Source of the DNA: Thermoproteota archaeon
GTDB taxonomy: Archaea > Korarchaeota > JAOZGF01 > JAOZFZ01
Length of the DNA stretch: 31,027 nt
Reading direction: 5' to 3'
Assembly (NCBI GenBank): GCA_027492035.1
Contig: JAOZFT010000003.1
Coordinates: 1-31,027, forward strand
Shown here: positions 18,364-27,163 of the stretch, piece after piece
How positions within the stretch are numbered: position 1 is the stretch's first letter
Layout of the letters: each line of letters begins with the position of its first letter
Position numbers and translations under genes: made by a program
The notes under the pieces: generated by a model
The model's input: the letters and a program-made list of their open reading frames with translations, nothing else
The model's database searches: none
Told to the model about the DNA's origin: nothing

Positions 18364-19226
18364 TCCACCTCCCCCTTTAATGCCTTATTTATTGCTCTTT
18401 TAACAAAAACTTTCGACATTTCAGTCCTGTACTCCTTTGTTCCCCTAACATCCGTTATCGGTTTCACCTCTTTCTTCACAATCTCTGTGCCTTCATCAAT
18501 TTTTTTCTCTGTTACTTCTTTTCCTCTTAGGTAACTCTCTGTTTCTTTGGCTCTTATGGGTATTGGTGCAACAGCACCTAAAGCTATCCTTATGTCTTCA
18601 AATTCGGTATCTGCTTTTAAAAGAACTGCTGTACAAACTATAGACAGAGTATGAGCTTCTCTTCTGCCTAATTTAAGAAAAACACCTTTCATTTTTCCGA
18701 CTTCGGAAGGAATGTGAATCTCTCTAAGTATTTCGTTTCTTTTGAGTATTGTCTTGCCTGGGCCAAGGAAGAAATCCTTCACTGGAATCCTCCTCTCCCC
18801 TTTACTTCCCTGTATTAACAGTTCAGCTTCAAGAACAAGTAAAGGCGGTGCAGTGTCAGCTGCTGGTGAAGCGTTACACAGGTTTCCACCTATGGTTCCT
18901 AAGTTTCTTATTTGAGGCGACCCTAAATTCTTTACTGCTTGGACGAGAACGTTTGTTTTTTCATTTAAAATTTTTGAGTTCAGTATATCTGAATGAGTGG
19001 TAGCTGCCCCTATTTTTATATATCCCCCTTCTTCCCTTACAAAATTTAATTCATCAATAAAACTTATGTCAACCATTTTCTGCGGTGTATATTTCCCATC
19101 CCGAATTAAAGGTATTAAATCTGTTCCTCCAGCTATCACTTTTGCTTCTTTAAATTCATCCAGTAAAGAAATTGCTTCCTCAATTGTTTCAGGTTTATAA
19201 TAAGTAAATGGAGGTATTAGTTTCAT
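18354..19226 (-). CDS. Xanthine dehydrogenase family medium (FAD-binding) subunit, CoxM-like
   Basis: IAGGTDLIP, QIRNLGTIGGNLCNASPAAD and PITDVRGTKEYR. ATG 19226 overlaps the large-subunit stop (ATGA). Confidence 0.95.
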   Translation of the reverse strand: MKLIPPFTYYKPETIEEAISLLDEFKEAKVIAGGTDLIPLIRDGKYTPQKMVDISFIDELNFVREEGGYIKIGAATTHSDILNSKILNEKTNVLVQAVKNLGSPQIRNLGTIGGNLCNASPAADTAPPLLVLEAELLIQGSKGERRIPVKDFFLGPGKTILKRNEILREIHIPSEVGKMKGVFLKLGRREAHTLSIVCTAVLLKADTEFEDIRIALGAVAPIPIRAKETESYLRGKEVTEKKIDEGTEIVKKEVKPITDVRGTKEYRTEMSKVFVKRAINKALKGEVECK

Positions 19227-21586
19227 TTCTTTCCCTCTTTCAATTTGAAACAAACCTTTTCTTTCGTTAAAGGGAGATTTCTCACCCTAACTCCTGTGGC
19301 ATGAGCTACTGCATTTGCTATGGCTGGCGCTGTAGGAATTAAAGCGGCTTCCGCTACACCTTTGGCCCCGAAAGCTGTTGAACTGTAAGGTTTTTCAATA
19401 ATCACTACTTTTACTTTTCTAGGTACATCTTTAACTGTTGGAATTATGTAATCAGTGTAGTTTGGGTTAATTATTTTTCCGTCATTAAAGGCAACTTCTT
19501 CTGAAATAGCGTACCCTATTCCTTGAGCTAATGCTCCCTGCATTTGTCCTTCAATTAATCCTGGGTCAATTGCTTTTCCCACATCTGCTCCTGTGTATGC
19601 CTCTAAAACTTTAACCTCCCCTGTTTCTTTATCTACTTCAACTTCAACGATGTTAGCTATGTAAGTATATACGCAGTAAGCTACACCTAAACCTGTTTCA
19701 GGGTCGAAGTATCTTCTCGGGACAAAGTAGAAACCGTAATAAGCGGGTTGATATCCTCTCTGGTAGGTTTCTTTTGCCAACTCTGAAAATTCTATTTTAT
19801 TTGAAGGATCTAGGGCACAGAAAGCTTTTCCGTTCTCCAGCTTCACATTTTTTTCGTCGCAATTAAGAAGTTCACTTGCTAACTTTATGAGTGTCCTTCT
19901 TAGTTTTAAAGCAGCGTCTGCAGCTGCGGTTCCTCCAGTCATTAAACCCCTTGATCCATGTGTTGGGCGCGCATTTGGGGAAGCTGAAGTGTCAGGTTCC
20001 TCTATATGAACCCATTCCAAAGGAATGTCCAATATTTCAGCAACTATTTTTGCATGGCCTATTAAGGATCCTTGGCCGAGTCTTGTAATAGTTGAACGGT
20101 AAGTTATTGTTCCGTCTTCATTAAGTAGAACAGCTGCAGCCGACCAATCAGGAACTCCTCTGCTTGTGCTTATTCCATGGTAAGCGCAAGCTACACCAAT
20201 TCCTCTTACCTTGCTTCCTTTCCTATATTTTTTTAACTCCTCCCTCTTCTTTTTCCAGTTCGCGGCTTCAGCTACTTTTTTAAGTGTCTCTTCCATACCT
20301 ACAGACTCTTCCAGTAATTGATTGCAAACAGTTCTTGTTCCTTCTTTAAGTACGTTCCTCAGTCTAAACTCAACAGGATCTATTCCCAGTTTCTCAGCTA
20401 ATTCATCCATTTGTTGCTCAGCTGCAAAATGTATTTGCGGATCCCCAAAACCTCTGAATGAACCTGAAAAAACCTTGTTTGTGTAAACTGATTTTCCGTC
20501 AACTTTAGCGTTAGGTACAACGTAAGGGCCTGCAGAATGAACTGTTGCCCTCCACAAAACAAAGGGGCTTCTATTTGCATATGCACCTGTTTCGTAAATA
20601 ATTTCAATTTCAACAGCTGTTAATTTCCCATCTTTTGTGGCGCCAGATTTATACCTTATAATTGCTGGGTGTCTCTTGTTGCTTGCAACAAATGTTTCCT
20701 CCTTATCCAATATTATAGCTACAGGTTTTTTGGTTATGATTGCAGCTAAAGCAGCTTTTGATGCAACCATTGGCCCCATGTCATCTTTTCCACCAAAGGC
20801 ACCTCCAGCAGGGGCGCCTATCACTTTGATTTTGCTTTGAGAGTAACCTGTAACTCGAGAGACAAATTCCCTTACAAGGAAGGGGGATTGAGTGCATAAC
20901 ACAACCCTTATTCCATCTCCTTCCGGATAAGCTATTGCAGCTTCAGGTTCAAGGTAGGCGTGTTCCTGTCTTTGGGTATAATAAATGTTTTCCACAACTA
21001 CATCTGCCTCTTTGAATCCTTTCTCCACATCTCCCTTCCTAATTATGGTTGTTAAAGCTACATTGCCCTTTTCATGTACTTTCGGTGCTTCTGGCTTTAA
21101 AGCTTCTAATGGGTCAAACACTGCAGGTAATGGGTCGTATTCCACTTTGACGGCTTCAACTCCTTTTTCAGCAGCGTATTCGTTTTCAGCAACCACTATT
21201 GCTATAGGTTCCCCTATATACCTTACTTTCTTGTCAGCAAGTAACGGTTGGTCAGGTATGGCGTACCCTATCTGGTTTTCACCAGGCACATCCTTAGCTG
21301 TTATGACTGCAAGTACACCCTTAATTTGTAATGCTTCATCCACAATTACTCTTTTGATTAAAGCGTGAGGGTACTTGCTCCTCACTATTTTACCGAAACA
21401 AACATCTTCAGTTAACCTGTCAGCTGTAAACTTTGTTAAACCCATTATTTTACTAAAAGCATCAGGTCTCTCTATTTCCCTCCCTACTAACTTGTATTCT
21501 CCCTCTTCTTTGCCCAATTCTCTTTTAAAGAAGAACGGTCCCCTCTCTGCAGTTACCTCCCTTGTTTCAGTCAATTCGATATTCAC
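19223..21586 (-). CDS. Xanthine dehydrogenase / aldehyde oxidoreductase family molybdopterin-binding large subunit
   Basis: RSKYPHA, QEHAYLEPE, GGAFGGK, SFRGFGDPQ, GQG, THGSRG, EGQMQGALAQGIG and GAKGVAE. The start may be TTG 21574. Confidence 0.95.
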   Translation of the reverse strand: MNIELTETREVTAERGPFFFKRELGKEEGEYKLVGREIERPDAFSKIMGLTKFTADRLTEDVCFGKIVRSKYPHALIKRVIVDEALQIKGVLAVITAKDVPGENQIGYAIPDQPLLADKKVRYIGEPIAIVVAENEYAAEKGVEAVKVEYDPLPAVFDPLEALKPEAPKVHEKGNVALTTIIRKGDVEKGFKEADVVVENIYYTQRQEHAYLEPEAAIAYPEGDGIRVVLCTQSPFLVREFVSRVTGYSQSKIKVIGAPAGGAFGGKDDMGPMVASKAALAAIITKKPVAIILDKEETFVASNKRHPAIIRYKSGATKDGKLTAVEIEIIYETGAYANRSPFVLWRATVHSAGPYVVPNAKVDGKSVYTNKVFSGSFRGFGDPQIHFAAEQQMDELAEKLGIDPVEFRLRNVLKEGTRTVCNQLLEESVGMEETLKKVAEAANWKKKREELKKYRKGSKVRGIGVACAYHGISTSRGVPDWSAAAVLLNEDGTITYRSTITRLGQGSLIGHAKIVAEILDIPLEWVHIEEPDTSASPNARPTHGSRGLMTGGTAAADAALKLRRTLIKLASELLNCDEKNVKLENGKAFCALDPSNKIEFSELAKETYQRGYQPAYYGFYFVPRRYFDPETGLGVAYCVYTYIANIVEVEVDKETGEVKVLEAYTGADVGKAIDPGLIEGQMQGALAQGIGYAISEEVAFNDGKIINPNYTDYIIPTVKDVPRKVKVVIIEKPYSSTAFGAKGVAEAALIPTAPAIANAVAHATGVRVRNLPLTKEKVCFKLKEGKK

Positions 21587-21708
21587 CTTCCTCTAAGACC
21601 TTTAAAAATTATGAACCTTTCTGGTTCTATGTACAGTCTGAAAAATTCTAAATTTTTTAAAGGGTTCTTTTCCTGTCCAGCATTTAAATTTTTCCAAAGT
21701 TCCCCTCT

Positions 21709-22197
21709 TTAAATCTTTAAATGGAAGGAGACATCTTGTTTCTTGACATCAATCACTATAGATGTGTCTATGTTTCTTACACCCAATGTAGGACCTAATT
21801 TATCTGTTAAAAACTCTTTTAATGCATTCATATCTTTAACAAACACATCCATTAAAACATCATGTTTCCCGGTGGCTAAAGCCACAAAGTATGCTTCGTC
21901 AAGTCTTTTCAATAGATAAGTGACTTTATTGAATTTAGACGGGTCTACGTCAAGCCCTATCTTAGCATGGACTTTAAAACCCAGTTTTTGAGGGTTTAAA
22001 GCAACTGTAAACCTGTCAATAACCTTTGCATCCACCATTTTCTTTATTCTTCTTCTTACAGTTCCCTCAGAAACCCTTAATTTTTCAGCTATTTTAATGT
22101 TTGACTCCCTAGAATTATTCATTAAGCACCTAAGAATTTCTAAATCTAATTGGTCAAGTTCAGGTTCTCTTATTTCTCTTTCACGTTCTTCCATCAA
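21709..22197 (-). CDS. Lrp/AsnC family transcriptional regulator
   Basis: HTH region LDQLDLEILRCLMNNSRES...IAEKLRVSEGTVRRRIKKM...VIDRF plus a C-terminal RAM domain (TGKHDVL). Confidence 0.93.
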   Translation of the reverse strand: MMEEREREIREPELDQLDLEILRCLMNNSRESNIKIAEKLRVSEGTVRRRIKKMVDAKVIDRFTVALNPQKLGFKVHAKIGLDVDPSKFNKVTYLLKRLDEAYFVALATGKHDVLMDVFVKDMNALKEFLTDKLGPTLGVRNIDTSIVIDVKKQDVSFHLKI

Positions 22198-22425
22198 TTC
22201 TTCACCTTTAACTCTTTTTTTCGCAAAGAAAAATTTATATTTGGTTGAAATTAGTAATGTATTCCCTATTTTTTAAAAAAAATTTTGCAAGAAGGTCCTT
22301 GTAAAGGTGGATTTTGCAATGTTTTTCAGCTGCTTCCTTGAAAAGGTTCTAACAAAGATTTTTCATGCAACAAATAAAGAATTCATGTTTTTAAATAGGT
22401 TTGCAAGGCAGGACTGTGAAAAGCT

Positions 22426-23853
22426 TCAAGTAATCTTAATTATTTCATCTATTTGAACTTTGTGGTCGCTGTTTCTGTCATACCAATGTATAATTAACTC
22501 TTTAATGATTAAAGGATGGGTTTTTACAAATATTAAACTGGATTTTGTACCATATCTGTAACTTCCCATTACTAAAAGAAACCTGTCTACTAGATAAACT
22601 ACACCGTAATCTCTTGTTTCCCAAGTGCTCCTATAGGTCTGGCCTTTAAAGGTTACTTTATCCTTCTCAAACTTTATACCTGCAACTTCACATTTGTCTT
22701 CGGCGTAAGGGTTTGCGAAAGGCCCCCCTAAAAGCAGAACACATCCCTTGCTTGGTAAAACCGTTAAGATTTCTTTTTCAGGAAATAATGAACTAGCTAT
22801 TTGTTTATCTATGTCAGTAACTGCTACTATGACGTAGTTTCTTGACAAGAAATCACTTATTGTCTTAGGATATTCAACTGTTATTTGAAAAGTTGCAGTG
22901 GCTGTAATGTTTTCGGAGCAGTTAACTTTAACTTCTACATTGTATGTCCCTTCCTCAATTGATTCCGGGACTGTGAAGTTCAGGTTGAAACCTTTCTTTT
23001 CTCCCCCCTTTAAATCTCCTAAGGAAGAAGAATAAAGTGTTTCATTGTTCATAAACAGATTCAACGTAATGGATGAAGCATTGGTTTCACCTGAGTTATT
23101 AATCACTCCCTCAACTTTAACTGTTTCACCTGGAATAACTTTTTCAGTGAAAGAATTCACATCTAAACTTAAAGCCGGTTTCTTCTCAGCAACATATACC
23201 ACACAACTGTTTTCTACGTAATCCCCTGCAAGAGACCACCCCTTCAAAGTAAAGGTTATAATTCCTGCTGGAGGCTTAACAACTCCAACTAACTCATAAA
23301 GAATTCCCCCTTGAACATTGCCTTGATACAGTGTAAAAGTGCCGTTATGTACTTCAATTAACTGCACAGTAGCATTATTACTTGCCCCGTAATATATTAC
23401 TAATGAATCTCCAGTGAAATATTTTGAGTTGCATCCTTTATCCACCCATAGATCAACTCTGAAAGAAGTTATGTGTACATAGTAATTGCTTCCATAACCC
23501 ACTACTCTGCCTATGTTTTGCAAAGGCCCTGCCTTTTTCCAGTAGTATCCGTAAACCTCTAATTTGTCTCCTAACTTAACCCCCAAAGAGTTAGGTCCAA
23601 AACAAACCTCTACAGTATTAACGTTACTTAATAAACCTTGAGGGTCACTTAATACCTTATCAACATGTACTTTACAGTAATAGCTTCCGTAACAAACAAC
23701 TGCACCGTATTTTTCGTTTTCAAGTGCTGTTGCAGCAAATTTAACAGGGCCGCTGTTGGCAAGTGAGGGAGAATGAGGCAGATTAGTTGTTGAAGAAAAA
23801 GGGGGTATTGAAAAAAGGAAGATGAAGGTAAACAGGAGAACTTGTTTCTTCAT
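22426..23853 (-). CDS. Secreted modular cell-surface protein (DUF4384-like and CARDB-like Ig folds, S-layer-like C-terminal domain)
   Basis: Signal peptide MKKQVLLFTFIFLFSI; VDLWVDKG...Y..GD.L.IYY; CARDB-like PGETVKVEGVINNSGETNA...GTYNVEV; C-terminal LLGGPFANP and MGSYRYGT motifs resembling archaeal S-layer-type domains. Confidence 0.6.
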   Translation of the reverse strand: MKKQVLLFTFIFLFSIPPFSSTTNLPHSPSLANSGPVKFAATALENEKYGAVVCYGSYYCKVHVDKVLSDPQGLLSNVNTVEVCFGPNSLGVKLGDKLEVYGYYWKKAGPLQNIGRVVGYGSNYYVHITSFRVDLWVDKGCNSKYFTGDSLVIYYGASNNATVQLIEVHNGTFTLYQGNVQGGILYELVGVVKPPAGIITFTLKGWSLAGDYVENSCVVYVAEKKPALSLDVNSFTEKVIPGETVKVEGVINNSGETNASSITLNLFMNNETLYSSSLGDLKGGEKKGFNLNFTVPESIEEGTYNVEVKVNCSENITATATFQITVEYPKTISDFLSRNYVIVAVTDIDKQIASSLFPEKEILTVLPSKGCVLLLGGPFANPYAEDKCEVAGIKFEKDKVTFKGQTYRSTWETRDYGVVYLVDRFLLVMGSYRYGTKSSLIFVKTHPLIIKELIIHWYDRNSDHKVQIDEIIKIT

Positions 23854-24116
23854 CTTTAGGTTTCCACCTGCAGTCTGCTTCTCTCAAAAATAAAATACTG
23901 AAATTTATTTTTAAATATAGACCCTCATTTCCTTAAAGTTTAACATTGCCCCCTTTACCTTATTACATGTTTGAAGAAGTCTTTCTGAATTTTTCAAATT
24001 TTTACAGTCAGTTTACTACATTTACCTTCCTGTAAAGGATGATTTTTTCAAGTATCTTGTTAAAATGTTCTCTTTTGAATTAATTCCTGGATAGGGTTTA
24101 AGAGGGGGTTAAACTT

Positions 24117-25280
24117 TTGCAGGAGAAAGGTTTGACTGAAACTGAAATAATGGAAATAATTTCTGGAAAAGTGAAAAGTGACTTCACCTACGATTCAGGG
24201 CGGATTTTAAGCTCTATGTGCAGCAAACCAGATCGCTTAAGCATGAAAATTTATTCCATGTTTCTTGAAAAGAACTTAGGCGACCCCTTTCTCTTTCCTT
24301 CCTGCAAATTTTTTGAAGAAGAAGTAGTTAACATGTTAGGTGAGTTACTTTCAAATAAGAAGGCTGCAGGCTTCATTGTTTCGGGAGGAACTGAAGCTAA
24401 CATACTTTCTATGTGGGTCGCTGTTAAAAACTCTTCAGTTAAAAAACCTGAGGTTTTAGCACCTGAAACTGTCCATTTCTCTTTCGATAAGGCCTCAAGT
24501 CTTTTAGGGTTCCGCCTTATAAAAATAGGTTTAAATGATGAATTTCAAGTAAATGTTAACGAGATGAAGAAAAGGTTGACAAGTAACACAGTAGCTATTG
24601 TAGGAGTTGCAGGGTCTTCAGGGTTAGGTGTAGTCGATTCAATACCTGAGCTGAATGAATTAGCTGAAGAAAACCACCTTTATCTCCATGTTGATGCAGC
24701 TTTCGGGGGTTTAATAATTCCTTTTCTGAAAGAGGAGGGGGTTGAAGTACCGGACTTCGACTTTAAACTTTCCTCTGTCTCCTCAATCACGGTTGACCCG
24801 CATAAAGCAGGGTTCACTCCTATTCCTTCAGGTTGCATCCTTTTTAAAAACAAAGAGTTAATTGAAGATTTCGGTTTTGAAGTTAAGTATGGAATAGGGG
24901 AGACTTATAAACAAAAAACGTTGCTAGGTACAAGACCATGTGCAGCGACAATAGCTACATGGGCTGCTTTGAAACACTTGGGAAAGAACGGGTTCCGGGA
25001 AAGGGTGAAGTATTGTTTGAAATTAACGAATTATTTTGTTTCCAAAATAAAGAATTTTGACAGGGTTAAGCTAGTTGTAGCTCCCCAGCTTAACATTGTA
25101 GGTTTCAAAACTGTGGGCTTAGGTGAATCTTTAGTTGTTAAGAAGTTAAGGGAGAAAGGGTGGGGTTTAACTCTTTATAAAGATTTCATAAGAATTATTT
25201 TGCTTCCTCACATCTCATTTCAAAACCTGGAAGAGTTTCTTCATGATTTAAAAAATATTTTAAGAGGATTAAGAAAGTAA
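24117..25280 (+). CDS. mfnA: L-tyrosine/L-aspartate decarboxylase (PLP-dependent), methanofuran biosynthesis
   Basis: GRILSSMCS, NLGDP.LFP, SGGTEANI, HFSFDKA, LHVDAAFGG, the PLP-lysine motif TVDPHKAG and GTRP. It is adjacent to mfnB. Confidence 0.93.
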   Translation: MQEKGLTETEIMEIISGKVKSDFTYDSGRILSSMCSKPDRLSMKIYSMFLEKNLGDPFLFPSCKFFEEEVVNMLGELLSNKKAAGFIVSGGTEANILSMWVAVKNSSVKKPEVLAPETVHFSFDKASSLLGFRLIKIGLNDEFQVNVNEMKKRLTSNTVAIVGVAGSSGLGVVDSIPELNELAEENHLYLHVDAAFGGLIIPFLKEEGVEVPDFDFKLSSVSSITVDPHKAGFTPIPSGCILFKNKELIEDFGFEVKYGIGETYKQKTLLGTRPCAATIATWAALKHLGKNGFRERVKYCLKLTNYFVSKIKNFDRVKLVVAPQLNIVGFKTVGLGESLVVKKLREKGWGLTLYKDFIRIILLPHISFQNLEEFLHDLKNILRGLRK

Positions 25281-25324
25281 TTTCTTTAAGTGATTCCTTT
25301 CCAGGGAAGGTGGGAAATGAGGGA

Positions 25325-26032
25325 ATGAAGGTTTTAGTAAGTGTGAAAGATAAAGAGGAAGCTGTTGAAGCTTTAAATGGGGGAGCGCATATTATAGACT
25401 TAAAAAACCCAAGTGAAGGTTCATTAGGCCCCTGTTTCCCTTGGGTAGTGGAAGAAGTCATTGAAGCCGTTTCCGGGGAAAGGGAAATAAGTTTAGCGAT
25501 CGGGGACTTCACTTACTTACCTGGCACAGCCTCTCTAGCTGCTTTCGGGGCTTCTCACTTAAACATAAATTATGTTAAGGTGGGGCTTAAAACTAAATCT
25601 TTTGAGGAGGCTATTGACTTATTAAGTAAAGTTGTTAAAACCATCAAGAGTTATAACGGAAAAATAAAAATTGTGGCTGTAGGTTACGCTGACTATTCAA
25701 GAGTAGATGTTGTTCCTGTAGATAAAGTACCTGAAGTAGCAAGTGAAGCAGGAGCTCATGTTGCAATGATAGATACAGCCATAAAAGACGGGAAAAGTTT
25801 ATTCCATTTCTTGTCGAAAAAAGAAGTAAATAATTTCTTGGTTAATGCACGGAGGAAAAAATTGATGACAGCCTTGGCAGGCTCCTTAAAATTTAAGGAT
25901 TTGGCTTTAATTAAAAAACTGAAACCTGATGTGGTAGGTTTCAGGGGTTTAGCCTGTGAAAAGGGAGACCGTGTAAACGGTAGAGTTAAGCAAGAAAGAG
26001 TTAACGAAATAATTAATCTTTTACATGAATAG
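25325..26032 (+). CDS. mfnB: (5-formylfuran-3-yl)methyl phosphate synthase (4-HFC-P synthase)
   Basis: LVSV...EEA.EA..GGA.IIDLKNPSEGSLG, PGTASLAA.GA, YVKVGL, GYADY, MIDTAIKDGKSLF, ALAGSL and PDVVGFRG. ATG 25325 is preferred over GTG 25310. Confidence 0.93.
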   Translation: MKVLVSVKDKEEAVEALNGGAHIIDLKNPSEGSLGPCFPWVVEEVIEAVSGEREISLAIGDFTYLPGTASLAAFGASHLNINYVKVGLKTKSFEEAIDLLSKVVKTIKSYNGKIKIVAVGYADYSRVDVVPVDKVPEVASEAGAHVAMIDTAIKDGKSLFHFLSKKEVNNFLVNARRKKLMTALAGSLKFKDLALIKKLKPDVVGFRGLACEKGDRVNGRVKQERVNEIINLLHE

Positions 26033-26067
26033 TAAATTCCTTACCTTGTTTTACATTTTTTCCTTCC

Positions 26068-27159
26068 TTAAATACTCCATCTCCTCTTAACTTCCTCTCC
26101 ACTTATTATCTCTTCCTTAACGGCTGTCAACAAAGCTAAACCTGAAACAGGAGCAGTAATAAAGGCTGCCTCCTTCAACTTTTCAGGTAAAGTAATTATT
26201 TTTTGGAAGCCAGCTTTTTTAGCAGCCTCTCCTGCTAAAAAACTCCTTCCCAAGCCTGTAGTCACAATTGATATTGGGTTTTTGGAATTTTTCACTTGTG
26301 CAAATCTTGACGAAACTTGTTTCAACCCTTCAACTATTTGATTAATTTGTTCCATGTAAATATAACTACAGATGCTGATTATCTCCCCCTCATTCAACAT
26401 CCCTAAATCGGCACAAATCACTCTCGCCACTCTAGCCATAGCCTCCTTCCTTGTTTTCCCTCTTCCATCAGCTGTTTCTGTGGAGTAACTTTCTTGGCTA
26501 ATGTGGCCAAGCAATAAATGGACATCTCCCGAAAGAGCGAAAACTTCAGAGGAAACTCTTGAAAAGAAACCTTTCACAGGTACTTTTTTCGTTATAGTGG
26601 CTATGTTTGTCCTGAGAGAACCTGTATACACTAATTCGCCACATATAAGCTTTTCTAAATCAGTTTTTCCTTTTGCAACGATTTTTCCGTTAAAAACAGG
26701 AATAATGCTGGTAGTTGTGCTTCCTACGTCTATTACTATACAGTTTTTGTACCAGTTTGCAACAAGCCATCCTGTAGCCACCCAATTCGCTGATGCCACC
26801 TCTAAATGACCTTTTTTAGCTGTTTCAGGTGTAACTAGTTCCCCTTTAACATTTAAGACAGAGATTGGGAACTTTGGAAAAACCTTCTCCACACACTCAA
26901 TTACGTGGTTAACCCCTTCCCTTTTAGTGAAGTAGGCATCTGAAAGTTCAGCTGTCATTGTTAAACCTACTGCTTCAAATTTTTCAGACCCTAATTTTTC
27001 GGTAACATCCTTGATTGCTCTTTGAAGAGACTCCTTACCTCTTCTCCAAATTGGGAAGTAAAGTTTAGCTGTTTTCAAACCAATTATTCTATTTTTCTTT
27101 ACTTCTAAAGCTGCAGCCTTAATGTTTGCGCCTCCAACATCTAAAGCCAAAACTTTCAT
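26068..27159 (-). CDS. mfnF: Hydantoinase/oxoprolinase-like methanofuran biosynthesis protein MfnF (Orf9-like)
   Basis: ALDVGGANIK, YFPIW, TMTAELSDAY..KREGV, ASANW, IDVGSTTTSIIP, GELVYTG.LRTN, TADGRGK and RVARVICAD. ATG 27159 is preferred over GTG 27174. Confidence 0.88.
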   Translation of the reverse strand: MKVLALDVGGANIKAAALEVKKNRIIGLKTAKLYFPIWRRGKESLQRAIKDVTEKLGSEKFEAVGLTMTAELSDAYFTKREGVNHVIECVEKVFPKFPISVLNVKGELVTPETAKKGHLEVASANWVATGWLVANWYKNCIVIDVGSTTTSIIPVFNGKIVAKGKTDLEKLICGELVYTGSLRTNIATITKKVPVKGFFSRVSSEVFALSGDVHLLLGHISQESYSTETADGRGKTRKEAMARVARVICADLGMLNEGEIISICSYIYMEQINQIVEGLKQVSSRFAQVKNSKNPISIVTTGLGRSFLAGEAAKKAGFQKIITLPEKLKEAAFITAPVSGLALLTAVKEEIISGEEVKRRWSI

Positions 27160-27163
27160 TCTT

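Noticed and set aside
17881-21586. Aerobic CO dehydrogenase (coxLMS) assignment
   Set aside because: The Cu-binding AYxCSFR loop is absent, and gene order is L-M-S.
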